From Bdellovibrionales bacterium (GTDB lineage Bacteria; Bdellovibrionota; UBA1018; CAIMNF01): a DNA stretch of 64,000 nucleotides. The notes under the pieces are model-generated. The model was not told where the DNA came from, did not search any database, and saw nothing but the letters and a program-made list of their open reading frames with translations. The DNA is taken from assembly GCA_040380025.1 (NCBI GenBank), contig JBEIJY010000004.1:45851-109850 (forward strand), in the 5' to 3' direction. This document shows positions 16,781-26,530 of this stretch, in pieces; position 1 is the first letter of the stretch; each line of letters opens with the position of its first letter. A program made the translations under genes and the position numbers.

Positions 16781-19033
16781 ATGATGAACATCAAAACAGT
16801 GAGCACCACCCTCGGTGGCAAGCCGCTGACCCTCGAAACAGGAAGAATGGCCAAGCAGGCCGACGCTTCGGTGCTCGTTCACTACGGCGACACCCGCGTT
16901 CTTGTGACCGCCGTATCGAACAAAGAACCGAAAGCCGGAATCGACTTCATGCCTCTGACCGTGGAGTTCGCCGAGCGGTTCTATGCCGCAGGAAAAATCC
17001 CCGGAAGCTTCTTGAAGCGCGAAGGACGCCCCTCGTCCGAGTCGACACTGGCCGCGCGCCTGATCGACCGCCCGATCCGCCCGCTGTTCCCCGAAGGCTA
17101 CTACTACGAAACCCAGGTGATCGCGACCGTGCTTTCGGTCGATCACGAAGCCGATGCCGAAATCGCGGCCTCGATCGGAGCGGGAGCCGCTCTTCATATC
17201 TCTGACATTCCCTTCAACGGTCCGACCGCGGCAGTCCGCGTGGGCCGCATCAATGGCGAGTACATCGTGAATCCGAGCTGGCATCAGCTCCAAGACGAGT
17301 GCGAGCTCGAGATCGTGGTCGCCGGAACGAAAAACGCGATCATGATGGTCGAAGGCGGAGCCCAGGAAGTTCCCGAGGCCGACTGCCTGACTGCGATCCT
17401 GAAGGGTCATGACGAAGTGAAGAAGCTTTGCGACCTGATCGAAGAGCTTCGCAAGGCGGCCGGAAAGCCGAAGCGCGAGTTCTCTCCGCTCGTCACCCCG
17501 GCCGAGCTCATGAAGCAGGTCGAGGCGATCGCGAAAGATCCCCTGAACAAAGCACTTCGCACCAAAGAAAAACAAGTGCGCTACACGCTGGTCCGCGAAG
17601 CCAAAAAAGCGACCATCGAGGCACTCGTGCCGGCATCGCTCAAGGAATCCGACCCGAAGGCCGCAGACGCGAAAGAAAAAGAAGTGAAGCGTCTGGTGGA
17701 GCTTCTTCAGTACAACCTGATGCGCGAGATGATCCTGGCCGAAAAAATCCGGATCGACGGACGCGATACCAAGACCATCCGCCCGATCACGGTCGAAGCG
17801 GGAATCCTGCCGCGCGCCCACGGTTCCTCGCTGTTCACCCGCGGTGAAACGCAGGTTCTCTCGGTCACGACCCTCGGAACCGCCGATGACGAGCAGATCA
17901 TCGACAGCATGTACCAGAACTCCATGGGCAAGTTCATGCTCCACTACAACTTCCCTCCGTACAGCGTTGGTGAAGCCGGCCGCTTCGGCGGTCAGTCCCG
18001 CCGCGAAATCGGCCACGGAGCCCTTGCGGAGCGCTCGATCCAGGCGATCATGCCTCCTCACGACAAATTCCCGTACACCGTACGGATCGTGTGCGAGACC
18101 CTCGAGTCGAACGGTTCGTCGTCGATGGGTTCGGTATGCTCGGCTTCGATGTCCCTCATGGACGCCGGAGTTCCGTTCCCGAAACCCGTTGCGGGAATCG
18201 CGATGGGGCTGATCAAGGAAGGCTCGCGCGTTGCGATCCTTTCGGACATCCTCGGCGATGAAGACCACCTGGGTGACATGGATTTCAAAGTGGCCGGAAC
18301 CAAAGACGGCATCACCGGAATCCAGATGGACATCAAGATCGAAGGCGTCGATGGCGAGATCATGAAGTCTGCTCTTCAGCAGGCGTTCGAAGGCCGTCAG
18401 CACATCCTGGGCGAGATGTCGAAAGCGATCTCGACCGCACGCGACGAGCTGAACAAGAACGCTCCTCGCATCACGACGATCAAGATCCCGGTCGATCAGA
18501 TCGGCGCCGTGATCGGACCAAGCGGAAAAGTGATCAAGGACATCGTCGCGAAGAGCGGCGCGAAGGTGAACATCGAAGACGATGGAACCTGCAATGTGGC
18601 CTCGAACGACTCCGCTGCGGCTGCAAAAGCGGTCGACATGATCATGAGCATCATCGCCGTGGTCGAAGTGGGCAAGACCTACAAGGGCCCCGTCAAGAAG
18701 ATCACCGACTTCGGTGCCTTCATCGGCGTGCTTCCGCACCAGGACGGATTGCTTCATATCTCTGAAATCGCCTACGAGCGCATCAACAACGTGAGCGACG
18801 TGCTGAAGGAAGGCGACATCATCGAGGTGAAAGTTCTCGATGTCGACAATCAGGGCAAGGTGCGCCTCTCGCGCAAGGCGCTTCTGACTCCTCCCGAAGG
18901 ATACGTTCCCCCTCCTCCGCGCGATCCGCGCAGTGGCGGTGGCGACCGCGGCGGACGCCCGAATCCGGGTGGACGCCCGATGGGTGGCGGCCGCGATCGG
19001 GACCGGAGCGGTCCGAGAGGCCCGCGGAACTAG
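16781..19033 (+). CDS. pnp: Polyribonucleotide nucleotidyltransferase (PNPase)
   Basis: [45 protein letters not shown] and S1 domains. Confidence 0.98.
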   Translation: MMNIKTVSTTLGGKPLTLETGRMAKQADASVLVHYGDTRVLVTAVSNKEPKAGIDFMPLTVEFAERFYAAGKIPGSFLKREGRPSSESTLAARLIDRPIRPLFPEGYYYETQVIATVLSVDHEADAEIAASIGAGAALHISDIPFNGPTAAVRVGRINGEYIVNPSWHQLQDECELEIVVAGTKNAIMMVEGGAQEVPEADCLTAILKGHDEVKKLCDLIEELRKAAGKPKREFSPLVTPAELMKQVEAIAKDPLNKALRTKEKQVRYTLVREAKKATIEALVPASLKESDPKAADAKEKEVKRLVELLQYNLMREMILAEKIRIDGRDTKTIRPITVEAGILPRAHGSSLFTRGETQVLSVTTLGTADDEQIIDSMYQNSMGKFMLHYNFPPYSVGEAGRFGGQSRREIGHGALAERSIQAIMPPHDKFPYTVRIVCETLESNGSSSMGSVCSASMSLMDAGVPFPKPVAGIAMGLIKEGSRVAILSDILGDEDHLGDMDFKVAGTKDGITGIQMDIKIEGVDGEIMKSALQQAFEGRQHILGEMSKAISTARDELNKNAPRITTIKIPVDQIGAVIGPSGKVIKDIVAKSGAKVNIEDDGTCNVASNDSAAAAKAVDMIMSIIAVVEVGKTYKGPVKKITDFGAFIGVLPHQDGLLHISEIAYERINNVSDVLKEGDIIEVKVLDVDNQGKVRLSRKALLTPPEGYVPPPPRDPRSGGGDRGGRPNPGGRPMGGGRDRDRSGPRGPRN

Positions 19034-19087
19034 TTTCTTTCGCTGATCCGCCAGCGATTCGACGCCGTCAAACGGCAGACACTTTTG

Positions 19088-19123
19088 AAACCCCGGTTCC
19101 TGCTAGGAATCGGGGTTTTTTTT
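19088..19123 (+). terminator. Rho-independent terminator after pnp
   Basis: AAACCCCGGTTCCT-GCT-AGGAATCGGGGTTT followed by T-run. Confidence 0.85.
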
Positions 19124-19157
19124 CTGCCCGAAAACAATGCCATGCTACACTGAATCC

Positions 19158-20084
19158 ATGGACGATCAGTGGTTCCTCGATCTGGACGGCGTCAGATCGG
19201 GTCCCTATCACACAAACGAAGTCCTGAGCTTGATTGCCGAGGGCGAGGTGCTTCCGCACCACCGCATCGCACGAGGCCTGAAGGATCTCGAATGGATGAC
19301 CATTCTGGATTGGCGGCTCGATCGCGCCAAGATTCCCCATTCGGCCGCGCCGGTGGCTCCCGTGAAGGAGTCCGTTCCCGAACCGGAACCGCGCAAGGTC
19401 GCCGCGCCAACGGATTCTGTCCGGACCGTTCCTGCGCGCGATCCGATGGCCGAGATGTTCGACACGCTTCAAACCGCAAAGCAGAAACGCGAAGCACGCC
19501 AGCTTCAGCACGCCCAGCAGGCCTCTGCGAATGATTCCTCGGCCGGACAAGAACGCTCCCCTTCGCCTGCGACCATTGCGATGATTTGCGCCGGACTAGC
19601 CGTCGCGGGAGTCGCGATCGGCCAGTGGTTCAAGAACGTCTCGGGACCGAAAGACACCGAAACGGCGGTGGCATCACCGACCCCTGAAGCCACGCCCGCT
19701 CCCTCTGCCGAGCCGGAAACCGAGGTCTTGGAGCATTCCACCGACAAGGTCACGATTCGAACCGTCGTCGAAAAAAGACCCGAGGCGATCAAGGTTCCGC
19801 CTCCGTTCCCGAGACTCGAGAGTGAACGTCCGGCACCGAACGCTCCGACCCCGGAACCCACTCCCGAACCGACTCCGACTCCCGAAGAGACCCCGCCCGG
19901 CGAAGAAAAGAAGGCGGCCGACAAAGAGCTCGAGGAGCTCCGGGACCTGAAAAAAGAGCTGAAAGAACTGAAGGCCCTGAAGGAGCAACTCCGCGATGGC
20001 GTGCAAGAGGATGGCTTCGGCGACGGCTTCGCTCCCCCGCCCAAAGGGCCCGATCCGGCGCCGGGCAACCCCGGAGGCTACTAG
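19158..20084 (+). CDS. GYF_2 (DUF4339)-domain membrane protein with Pro-rich and coiled-coil C-terminus
   Basis: WFLDLDGVRSGPY..EVLSLIAEGEV..EW; single TM; PTPE and coiled-coil segments. Confidence 0.7.
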   Translation: MDDQWFLDLDGVRSGPYHTNEVLSLIAEGEVLPHHRIARGLKDLEWMTILDWRLDRAKIPHSAAPVAPVKESVPEPEPRKVAAPTDSVRTVPARDPMAEMFDTLQTAKQKREARQLQHAQQASANDSSAGQERSPSPATIAMICAGLAVAGVAIGQWFKNVSGPKDTETAVASPTPEATPAPSAEPETEVLEHSTDKVTIRTVVEKRPEAIKVPPPFPRLESERPAPNAPTPEPTPEPTPTPEETPPGEEKKAADKELEELRDLKKELKELKALKEQLRDGVQEDGFGDGFAPPPKGPDPAPGNPGGY

Positions 20085-20127
20085 TTCCTTGACTTGACTT
20101 CCCCCCCTTTGAGAAACCTTGAGTGCT

Positions 20128-20724
20128 ATGCTGATCACATTCGAGGGCACCGAGGGGTGCGGAAAATCCACCCTGATCCGCCACCTTTCCCGACGGCTGG
20201 GTGAGCTCGGAGTTCCCCATGTCGTGACGCGCGAACCCGGCGGGTCGGGCGTGGCCGAGAACATCCGCTCGATTCTTTTGCACCAGGAGATGAACCCCCT
20301 GACCGAGCTGTTGCTGTACGAGGCGGCACGCGCCGAGCATTTTGAGAGCACGATCCGGCCCGCCTTGAAGGCCAAAAAATGGGTGCTCTGCGACCGCTTC
20401 ACCGATTCGACCGTGGCGTATCAGGGGTTTGCCCGCGGACTCGCCCTCCCGATGATTCAAAAGCTGAATGCCGTCGCGACCGGAAACCGCAAGCCCGACC
20501 TGACCTTTTTTTTGGACCTGCCGGTCGAAGAGGGGCTTGCCCGCGCTGAAGATCCGAATCGCTTCGAAAAAGCCGGCGTGGCCTTCCAGAAGAAAGTCCG
20601 AAAAGGATTCCTGCATGCGATCCGGTCGGAGCCCAAGCGATTCCGCGTGCTGAAGGTCCGCACCAAAACCCCGGAACAGGTCTGCGAATTGGCCCTGAAA
20701 GCGCTGAAGCCCCATTTGCCATGA
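20128..20724 (+). CDS. tmk: Thymidylate kinase
   Basis: ITFEGTEGCGKST, TREPGG, LCDRFTDSTVAYQG. Confidence 0.96.
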   Translation: MLITFEGTEGCGKSTLIRHLSRRLGELGVPHVVTREPGGSGVAENIRSILLHQEMNPLTELLLYEAARAEHFESTIRPALKAKKWVLCDRFTDSTVAYQGFARGLALPMIQKLNAVATGNRKPDLTFFLDLPVEEGLARAEDPNRFEKAGVAFQKKVRKGFLHAIRSEPKRFRVLKVRTKTPEQVCELALKALKPHLP

Positions 20725-21734
20725 AGATTCCCGATTTTTCTCCCGCATTCCTGGCGGCCCAGGAGCCGCGCCTCGCCCCCCTGATCGACCGCTACGAAAA
20801 AACCGGCTCGCTCCATTCGACCATCCTCTTCACCGGCATCGAAGGGGTCGGAAAAAAAAGCCTCGCGATGCGGTTTTTGCAGATTCTTTTTTGCGATCGC
20901 AGGGAGCCGTCTCCTTGCGGGAAGTGCCGCTCCTGTCAGCGGGCCGAACAGGGCCAATGGGTGGATCTGTCGTGGTTCGACCCCGAGGCTCCCGAAGAAG
21001 GCCACCGCCTGGGCATCCACAAAATCGAAGCGTTCCGCGATCTGAAGACCAAGCTCGGCCTCGGGCCGGTCGAGGAGCCTTTCAGGGTCGTGGTGATCAC
21101 CGATGCCGACCGCATGACGCCGGCCGCGGCGAACTCGATTCTGAAGATCCTCGAAGAACCGCCGAAGAACTGGCTGTTTCTTTTGACCGCATCGGACTCC
21201 TCGCGCCTTCTGCCCACGATCCGCTCGCGGTGCATGGAGCTTCGTCTGCCGCCCCTTCCGGCCCGTACGATCGAGAGCATTCTGAGTGCGAACGGCGGCG
21301 CCGAGGCGAATCGAATCCGGATCGCGGCGCGCTCGGCGAACGGAAGCATCACGCGGGCCATGACCTTTCTGGGCGATGAGGTGTGGTCGCTCCGCTCGCG
21401 GCTCATCGATCTTCTTCAGGACCCCTCGCGCGAGTGGCTCCGGCTCATCGATGAGATTGCAAAAACCCAGTTTCACACCCACATCGCGCTCGATCTTCTG
21501 GAATCGATTTTGTCGGACCTGTTGCACCACCGGATTCGCGGGAGCGAATACGAGTGGACGCATGCCGATCAGAAAGACGCGCTCGTGCGGCTCTCGGAAT
21601 CGCGCCGTCTGCAGACCCCGCGCCTTTGCCGCGCGATCGAGCTCTTGGCCGAAAAAAGAAAACTGGTGAACCTCACCCTGAACTCGAAGCTCCTCGCGCA
21701 GGAGATTCTGATTCCCGTTCTTGAGGTCGTATGA
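20721..21734 (+). CDS. holB: DNA polymerase III delta' subunit
   Basis: GIEGVGK, zinc motif C..PCGKCRSC, AANSILKILEEPP, LLPTIRSRC; follows tmk. Confidence 0.92.
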   Translation: MKIPDFSPAFLAAQEPRLAPLIDRYEKTGSLHSTILFTGIEGVGKKSLAMRFLQILFCDRREPSPCGKCRSCQRAEQGQWVDLSWFDPEAPEEGHRLGIHKIEAFRDLKTKLGLGPVEEPFRVVVITDADRMTPAAANSILKILEEPPKNWLFLLTASDSSRLLPTIRSRCMELRLPPLPARTIESILSANGGAEANRIRIAARSANGSITRAMTFLGDEVWSLRSRLIDLLQDPSREWLRLIDEIAKTQFHTHIALDLLESILSDLLHHRIRGSEYEWTHADQKDALVRLSESRRLQTPRLCRAIELLAEKRKLVNLTLNSKLLAQEILIPVLEVV

Positions 21735-22441
21735 TCCGCGTCGATCAGGTGTCGCTCAGAATCAAGGACCGCCTGATCCTCGAATCGGTCAGCCTGCAGG
21801 TGAACCGCGAAGAGGCTCTGGGCGTGATCGGGCCCTCGGGATCGGGCAAAAGCGTGCTCCTGAAGATGATCGCCGGATTGCTTCCTCCGACTTCGGGACG
21901 GATCGAAATCGACACCGCCAAGGTGAGCATGTTGTTCCAAAAGAACGCGCTCTTCGACTCGATGACTCTCCTTGATAATTTGCTCGTGCCGCTTGCCGAG
22001 ACGGCGGGAGTGAGCGGACCGCGCGCCCGCGATCGCGCCATCGAGATGCTCGCGGCCGTCGGGCTCGAGCATGCGGCGCTCCTGCACCCGGATGAGATCT
22101 CGGGCGGGATGCAAAAACGGCTCGGCATCGCGCGCGCGCTCATCATCGAGCCCGAAGTCATTCTGTACGACGAACCCACGGCGGGGCTCGACCCCATCAC
22201 CTCGAGCGCGATCGCCGAGCTCATGCTGAAGCTCCATCGCGCGAACCGCACCACGCTCGTGATGGTCACGAACGACCTGCAACGCGCGTATCAGGTCTCG
22301 GACCGGATCGCGTTTTGTCATCAGCAACGTGTGGTGCCGCACGGCACTCCGGCCGAGGTCAAGACCACGAGCGATCCGCTGCTCCGGCACTTCATTTATT
22401 CGAGCGCCATCGGCCACACGCGCGGAGGAGACACCCCGTGA
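21731..22441 (+). CDS. mlaF: ABC ATPase, MlaF-like (1)
   Basis: [45 protein letters not shown]-loop reads VTND. Confidence 0.85.
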   Translation: MIRVDQVSLRIKDRLILESVSLQVNREEALGVIGPSGSGKSVLLKMIAGLLPPTSGRIEIDTAKVSMLFQKNALFDSMTLLDNLLVPLAETAGVSGPRARDRAIEMLAAVGLEHAALLHPDEISGGMQKRLGIARALIIEPEVILYDEPTAGLDPITSSAIAELMLKLHRANRTTLVMVTNDLQRAYQVSDRIAFCHQQRVVPHGTPAEVKTTSDPLLRHFIYSSAIGHTRGGDTP

Positions 22442-23232
22442 GCATTCGCTTTTTGGAGGTGCACAAATCATTCGGCGAGCGGAAGGTCCTCGACGGCGTT
22501 TCGTTCGAGGCAAAAAAAGGCGAGATTTTGTTCATCCTGGGAAAAAGCGGCATGGGCAAATCGGTGACCCTGAAGCACATCATCGGGGTGCTGAAGCCCG
22601 ACTCGGGCGATATTTTTGTCGATCAGTTCGAGGTGAGCGCGCTCGTTTCGGCGGGGGCGCGGGAGCTCCTGCAACAGGTTCGGCAAAGATGCGGAATGGT
22701 GTTCCAGCACCCGGCCCTCCTCGACTCGCTCACGAACTTCGAGAACATCGCCTTCGGGCTCAAGACCCCGCAATACCGCGAGAAACTCGGGCGCACGCCC
22801 GGTGATGCCGAGATCAGCGCGATCGTGCACGAGAAGATCGGACTGGTGCATCTGACCCCGGACATTTTGGACCTGTACCCGGGCGAGGTCTCGTATGGCG
22901 TGCAAAAGCGCGTCTCGATGGCCCGTACGCTTGCGCCCGGCCCCGATTACCTGCTGTTTGACGAGCCCACGACGGGCTTGGACCCGTTGAGCACGGCGTC
23001 GATCAATGAGCTGATTTTCGAGCTCTCGCGCACGCTCAAGGTGACGAGCATCATCGTCTCGCACGACATGGCCTGTGCGCTTGCGATCGCGGACCGGATT
23101 TTATTCTTGGATCAGGGCAAGGTGCTCCTTCATGCCGCCCCCCGCGAGATCGTGAAGAGCGAGATTCCGCTCGTACGGGAGTTCTTTCGCGAAACGCTTT
23201 CGCTCCTCCCCCCGGACTGGAGATTCGAATGA
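22438..23232 (+). CDS. mlaF: ABC ATPase, MlaF-like (2)
   Basis: GTG start overlapping previous stop; GKSGMGKSV, VSYGVQKRV, FDEPTTGLDP, VSHD. Confidence 0.85.
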   Translation: MSIRFLEVHKSFGERKVLDGVSFEAKKGEILFILGKSGMGKSVTLKHIIGVLKPDSGDIFVDQFEVSALVSAGARELLQQVRQRCGMVFQHPALLDSLTNFENIAFGLKTPQYREKLGRTPGDAEISAIVHEKIGLVHLTPDILDLYPGEVSYGVQKRVSMARTLAPGPDYLLFDEPTTGLDPLSTASINELIFELSRTLKVTSIIVSHDMACALAIADRILFLDQGKVLLHAAPREIVKSEIPLVREFFRETLSLLPPDWRFE

Positions 23233-24020
23233 CGGCGGTGTTGCATGAGTTCGGAGGATTGTGCCTGTTTTTGGCCGAAATCGCGCGGACCTTCCGGAAG
23301 ACCTCGGGCTACCGCGAGGCGGTCATCGCCCAAGTGGCGCTCGTCTCGATGCGCACGATGAGCACGGTGATCTTCGCAGGTGCGTTCGTGGGCGCGATTC
23401 TGGTCCTGCAATTCGATGCGATGCTGAAGCGCTTTGATGCGCAGATTTTGCTCGGGGGCCTGAACACCTCGGCCACGATCCGCGAGGTCGGTCCGCTCAT
23501 CATTTCATTCCTGCTTGCCGGAAAGGTCGGGGCCTACACCACGGCCGAGCTTGCGAGCATGAGGGTCACCGAGCAGATCGATGCGATCGAGAGCCTCGGC
23601 ACGGATCCGATCCGGTACCTGATTCTGCCGCGCTTCATCGGAATTGTTTTGTCGTCGGTGATTTTGCTCGGAATCGGGCTGTTCGTGTCGGTCGCGGGAG
23701 CGGTCCTCGTGGCCGAGACGATGCGGGGCATGAACCTGCAAAGCTATATCTCGTCGATTCCGCGCTTTGCCGGGGCCTGGACGCTGTTCGAGGGGCTCTT
23801 CCGGTCGACGCTTTTTAGCACGATCGTGGCCGCGGTTTCGACCTACAAAGGATACACCGCAAGCGGCGGCGCACGGGGCGTGGGCCGGGCCGTGACCGAG
23901 TCGGCGATTTATACGAACGTGTACATCGTGCTCGCGAACTTCGCCTCGACTCCGGTTCTGGAGTGGCTCCATGAGTTCGCCGAGCGGATGGGCGCCCTTT
24001 TGGAGGGAACCGGAACATGA
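23229..24020 (+). CDS. mlaE: MlaE family ABC permease (1)
   Basis: REVGP, AELASMRVTEQIDAIESLG, GGARGVGRAVT. Confidence 0.9.
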   Translation: MTAVLHEFGGLCLFLAEIARTFRKTSGYREAVIAQVALVSMRTMSTVIFAGAFVGAILVLQFDAMLKRFDAQILLGGLNTSATIREVGPLIISFLLAGKVGAYTTAELASMRVTEQIDAIESLGTDPIRYLILPRFIGIVLSSVILLGIGLFVSVAGAVLVAETMRGMNLQSYISSIPRFAGAWTLFEGLFRSTLFSTIVAAVSTYKGYTASGGARGVGRAVTESAIYTNVYIVLANFASTPVLEWLHEFAERMGALLEGTGT

Positions 24021-24784
24021 CGGCGACGGGTGCGTTCTCGAATCATCTGCGGACCCTGCTGCTTTCGGGCGATCTGCTGCAAAAGCTCTTCCGGCAGGTC
24101 TCGTCCGGTCCCCGCCGCGGGTCCGAGACCCGCGATGCGATTCGCTCGATCGGACTCGGGAGCCTTCCGATCATCTCGATTGCGACGGGATTCACGGGGC
24201 TTGTGATGACCTCCGAGATCGCGTGGCACATGGATTCGGCGCTCTCGAATGTCTCGATGATTCCGGGATTCACCGGGCAGTTCGTGCTCCGCGAGCTCGG
24301 GATCGCAGTGCCTGCGTTTTTGCTGGTATCGAAGGTGGGAGCATCGATGACCGCCGAGCTCGCCTCGATGCGGATCACCGAACAGCTTGATGCGTTCCGG
24401 CTTCTGCGGATCGATGTGGTTTCGTACCATGTTTTTCCCCGCTGGATTGCGTGCATCCTTTCGACCATTGCGCTCACGATGATCTCGATTGCGATCACGC
24501 TTGCCGTGGCGATGGCGACCGCGGTGACCCGGTATCACTTCAACTCGCAGGAATACCTGAATACCCTCTCGCAGTTCATCACCGTGACCGATGTGGTCTG
24601 CGCGATCACCAAGGCCGCGGTGTTCGGGATGCTGATTCCGCCGATTTCGTGCGCCTATGGGCTGCGGTGCGAGGGCGGGGCGCAGGGGGTCGGACAGGCC
24701 ACGACCGACGCCGTGGTCACAGCGACTCTTGCGGTGATTACGGTGGATTTTGTGCTCACGGCAATTTTTAGTGCGCTCTTTTGA
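24017..24784 (+). CDS. mlaE: MlaE family ABC permease (2)
   Basis: RELG, AELASMRITEQLDA, GGAQGVGQATTDAVV. Confidence 0.9.
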   Translation: MTATGAFSNHLRTLLLSGDLLQKLFRQVSSGPRRGSETRDAIRSIGLGSLPIISIATGFTGLVMTSEIAWHMDSALSNVSMIPGFTGQFVLRELGIAVPAFLLVSKVGASMTAELASMRITEQLDAFRLLRIDVVSYHVFPRWIACILSTIALTMISIAITLAVAMATAVTRYHFNSQEYLNTLSQFITVTDVVCAITKAAVFGMLIPPISCAYGLRCEGGAQGVGQATTDAVVTATLAVITVDFVLTAIFSALF

Positions 24785-24808
24785 AGAGTTCGGTAGCATC
24801 AGCCCTGA

Positions 24809-25636
24809 ATGAAGTTGACGAATGAGTCCAAAGTAGGCGCCCTCGTCGCCGTCACGGCCTTCATCGCCGTTGGCTTTGCGTGGCTTCTCGGGTTCGGGAA
24901 TCCTTTTGGCGACCGGAATCATTTTTATATCACCTACAACTTCGCCGGAGGAATCGACCTCGGGTCGCACGTGCGGCTTTCGGGCATCAAGGTTGGAAAG
25001 GTCGAAGACATCGAGTTTTTCGCGCCCGCCGCCGGGCAAACCCCTTCGCGCAAGGAACCCGGTTCGGCCGATCGCGATCAGGGTCTGGCTCTCGCTCCCG
25101 TGCGGGTGAAGATCTCGGTCAAGAAGGCGGCGCTTCCCGGCATTCGCAAGAACTCGAATTTTTATATCAATCTTGCGGGCCTCATCGGCGAGCGCTACAT
25201 CGAGATCACTCCCGGCACGGTCGATTCTCCGCCGCTTGCACCGGGCGAGACCATCGCGGGAACCGATCCTCCGCGCATTGATCAGCTGATCTCGCAGAGC
25301 TTCAACCTTGCCGGAAAAATCCAGGAAGTGATCGAACGGAACAAGGGCGATCTGACCCGCTCGATCGAGCTTCTGTACAAGCTGAGCGCCAACCTGAACC
25401 GTACGCTCGAGAAGGTGGACCAAAGCCAAGTGCTCTCGAAAGACCTGGGCCAGCTGATCTCAAACCTGATGGAATTGACCTCGGACATCCGCGAGATCAC
25501 GAAGAACACCCGTTCGCCCGAAGGGCAAAAAACGATGAAGCTCCTGCATGACCTTCTTTGGAGGCTCGAGCCGCTTGATTCCCAGCGGATCCGCGAGTTC
25601 CTGCAAAAAGAGGGCGTCAAGGTGAAGATCTTTTAA
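24809..25636 (+). CDS. mlaD: MlaD/MCE domain protein with helical extension
   Basis: ESKVG plus TM, GSHVRLSGIKVGKV, GLIGERYIEITPG. Confidence 0.9.
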   Translation: MKLTNESKVGALVAVTAFIAVGFAWLLGFGNPFGDRNHFYITYNFAGGIDLGSHVRLSGIKVGKVEDIEFFAPAAGQTPSRKEPGSADRDQGLALAPVRVKISVKKAALPGIRKNSNFYINLAGLIGERYIEITPGTVDSPPLAPGETIAGTDPPRIDQLISQSFNLAGKIQEVIERNKGDLTRSIELLYKLSANLNRTLEKVDQSQVLSKDLGQLISNLMELTSDIREITKNTRSPEGQKTMKLLHDLLWRLEPLDSQRIREFLQKEGVKVKIF

Positions 25637-25645
25637 GGAGGCCCG

Positions 25646-26389
25646 ATGCAGTTCCGATCCGGATTCCTCGGAAAGCAGCTTCCGTTTTTTGCGGGAATCC
25701 TTCTTGTGATCCTTGCCATTCGATCCTCGATCATCGAGCCCTTCCGGATTCCGACGCGCTCGATGCTCCCCACCCTGATGACTGGGGATTTTTTATTTGC
25801 GAACAAGCTTCAATACGCGCTCCATGTGCCCTTCAGCGAGATTTTCTCGAAAACCCCGTGGTACCTCGGGTCTCTGCGCACTCCGGCCCGGGGGGATGTG
25901 GTGATCTTCGCCCCGCCCGATACCGCGCAGGAGTCCCTGCACATCAAGCGCGTGGTGGGACTGCCGGGGGACAAGATTCGCTTTGAGGGGAAAAAGCTCT
26001 TTTTGAACGGTGAACCCGTTGCCCGCGAAGAGCTGACCGGCGCCGAGCGCGATGCGGTTTTGAACCATCCTGGCTTTGACCCCGAGGAGCGATACAACCC
26101 CGCGAAGCTCCACCTGTACCGCGAGACCCTGGGGCAGAAGGCTCATTTGATTCTCGAGGATGATTCGTTCGAGGGGTTCAAGAACGCCGCCGAGCTGGTG
26201 ATTCCGGAGAATCAGTTTTTTGTGTTGGGCGACAACCGCGATGACACCCGCGACAGCCGCGCCTTCGGGCCGGTGTCGATTCATGCGATTCGCGGGCGCG
26301 CGTTTGTGATCTGGCTCTCGCACCGGATTTCGTTTTCGGATTCGAAGTGGTCCTTCCGGCCGGAACGAATCGGGACGATGGTCAAGTAG
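25646..26389 (+). CDS. lepB: Signal peptidase I
   Basis: IPTRSMLPTL, IKRVVGLPGD, FVLGDNRDDTRDSR. Confidence 0.93.
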   Translation: MQFRSGFLGKQLPFFAGILLVILAIRSSIIEPFRIPTRSMLPTLMTGDFLFANKLQYALHVPFSEIFSKTPWYLGSLRTPARGDVVIFAPPDTAQESLHIKRVVGLPGDKIRFEGKKLFLNGEPVAREELTGAERDAVLNHPGFDPEERYNPAKLHLYRETLGQKAHLILEDDSFEGFKNAAELVIPENQFFVLGDNRDDTRDSRAFGPVSIHAIRGRAFVIWLSHRISFSDSKWSFRPERIGTMVK

Positions 26390-26429
26390 CCGAACAGATC
26401 CCTTGGATGGTTTCTGATTTTGACTTTGG

Positions 26430-26506
26430 TGGATCAGAAACGATCAAAGTGAGCGGCTTGGAACGAATTCACCCCCCCTTCTCGATTCGAAGAAGGGAGG
26501 GCGAAG
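26430..26506 (-). repeat. 77-bp direct repeat copy 1 (3' hairpin of propeller gene 1)
   Basis: 74/77 identical to 28534..28610; contains a minus-strand stem-loop. Confidence 0.9.
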
Positions 26507-26530
26507 AAGAAATTCGGAAGTCAAACCTGG

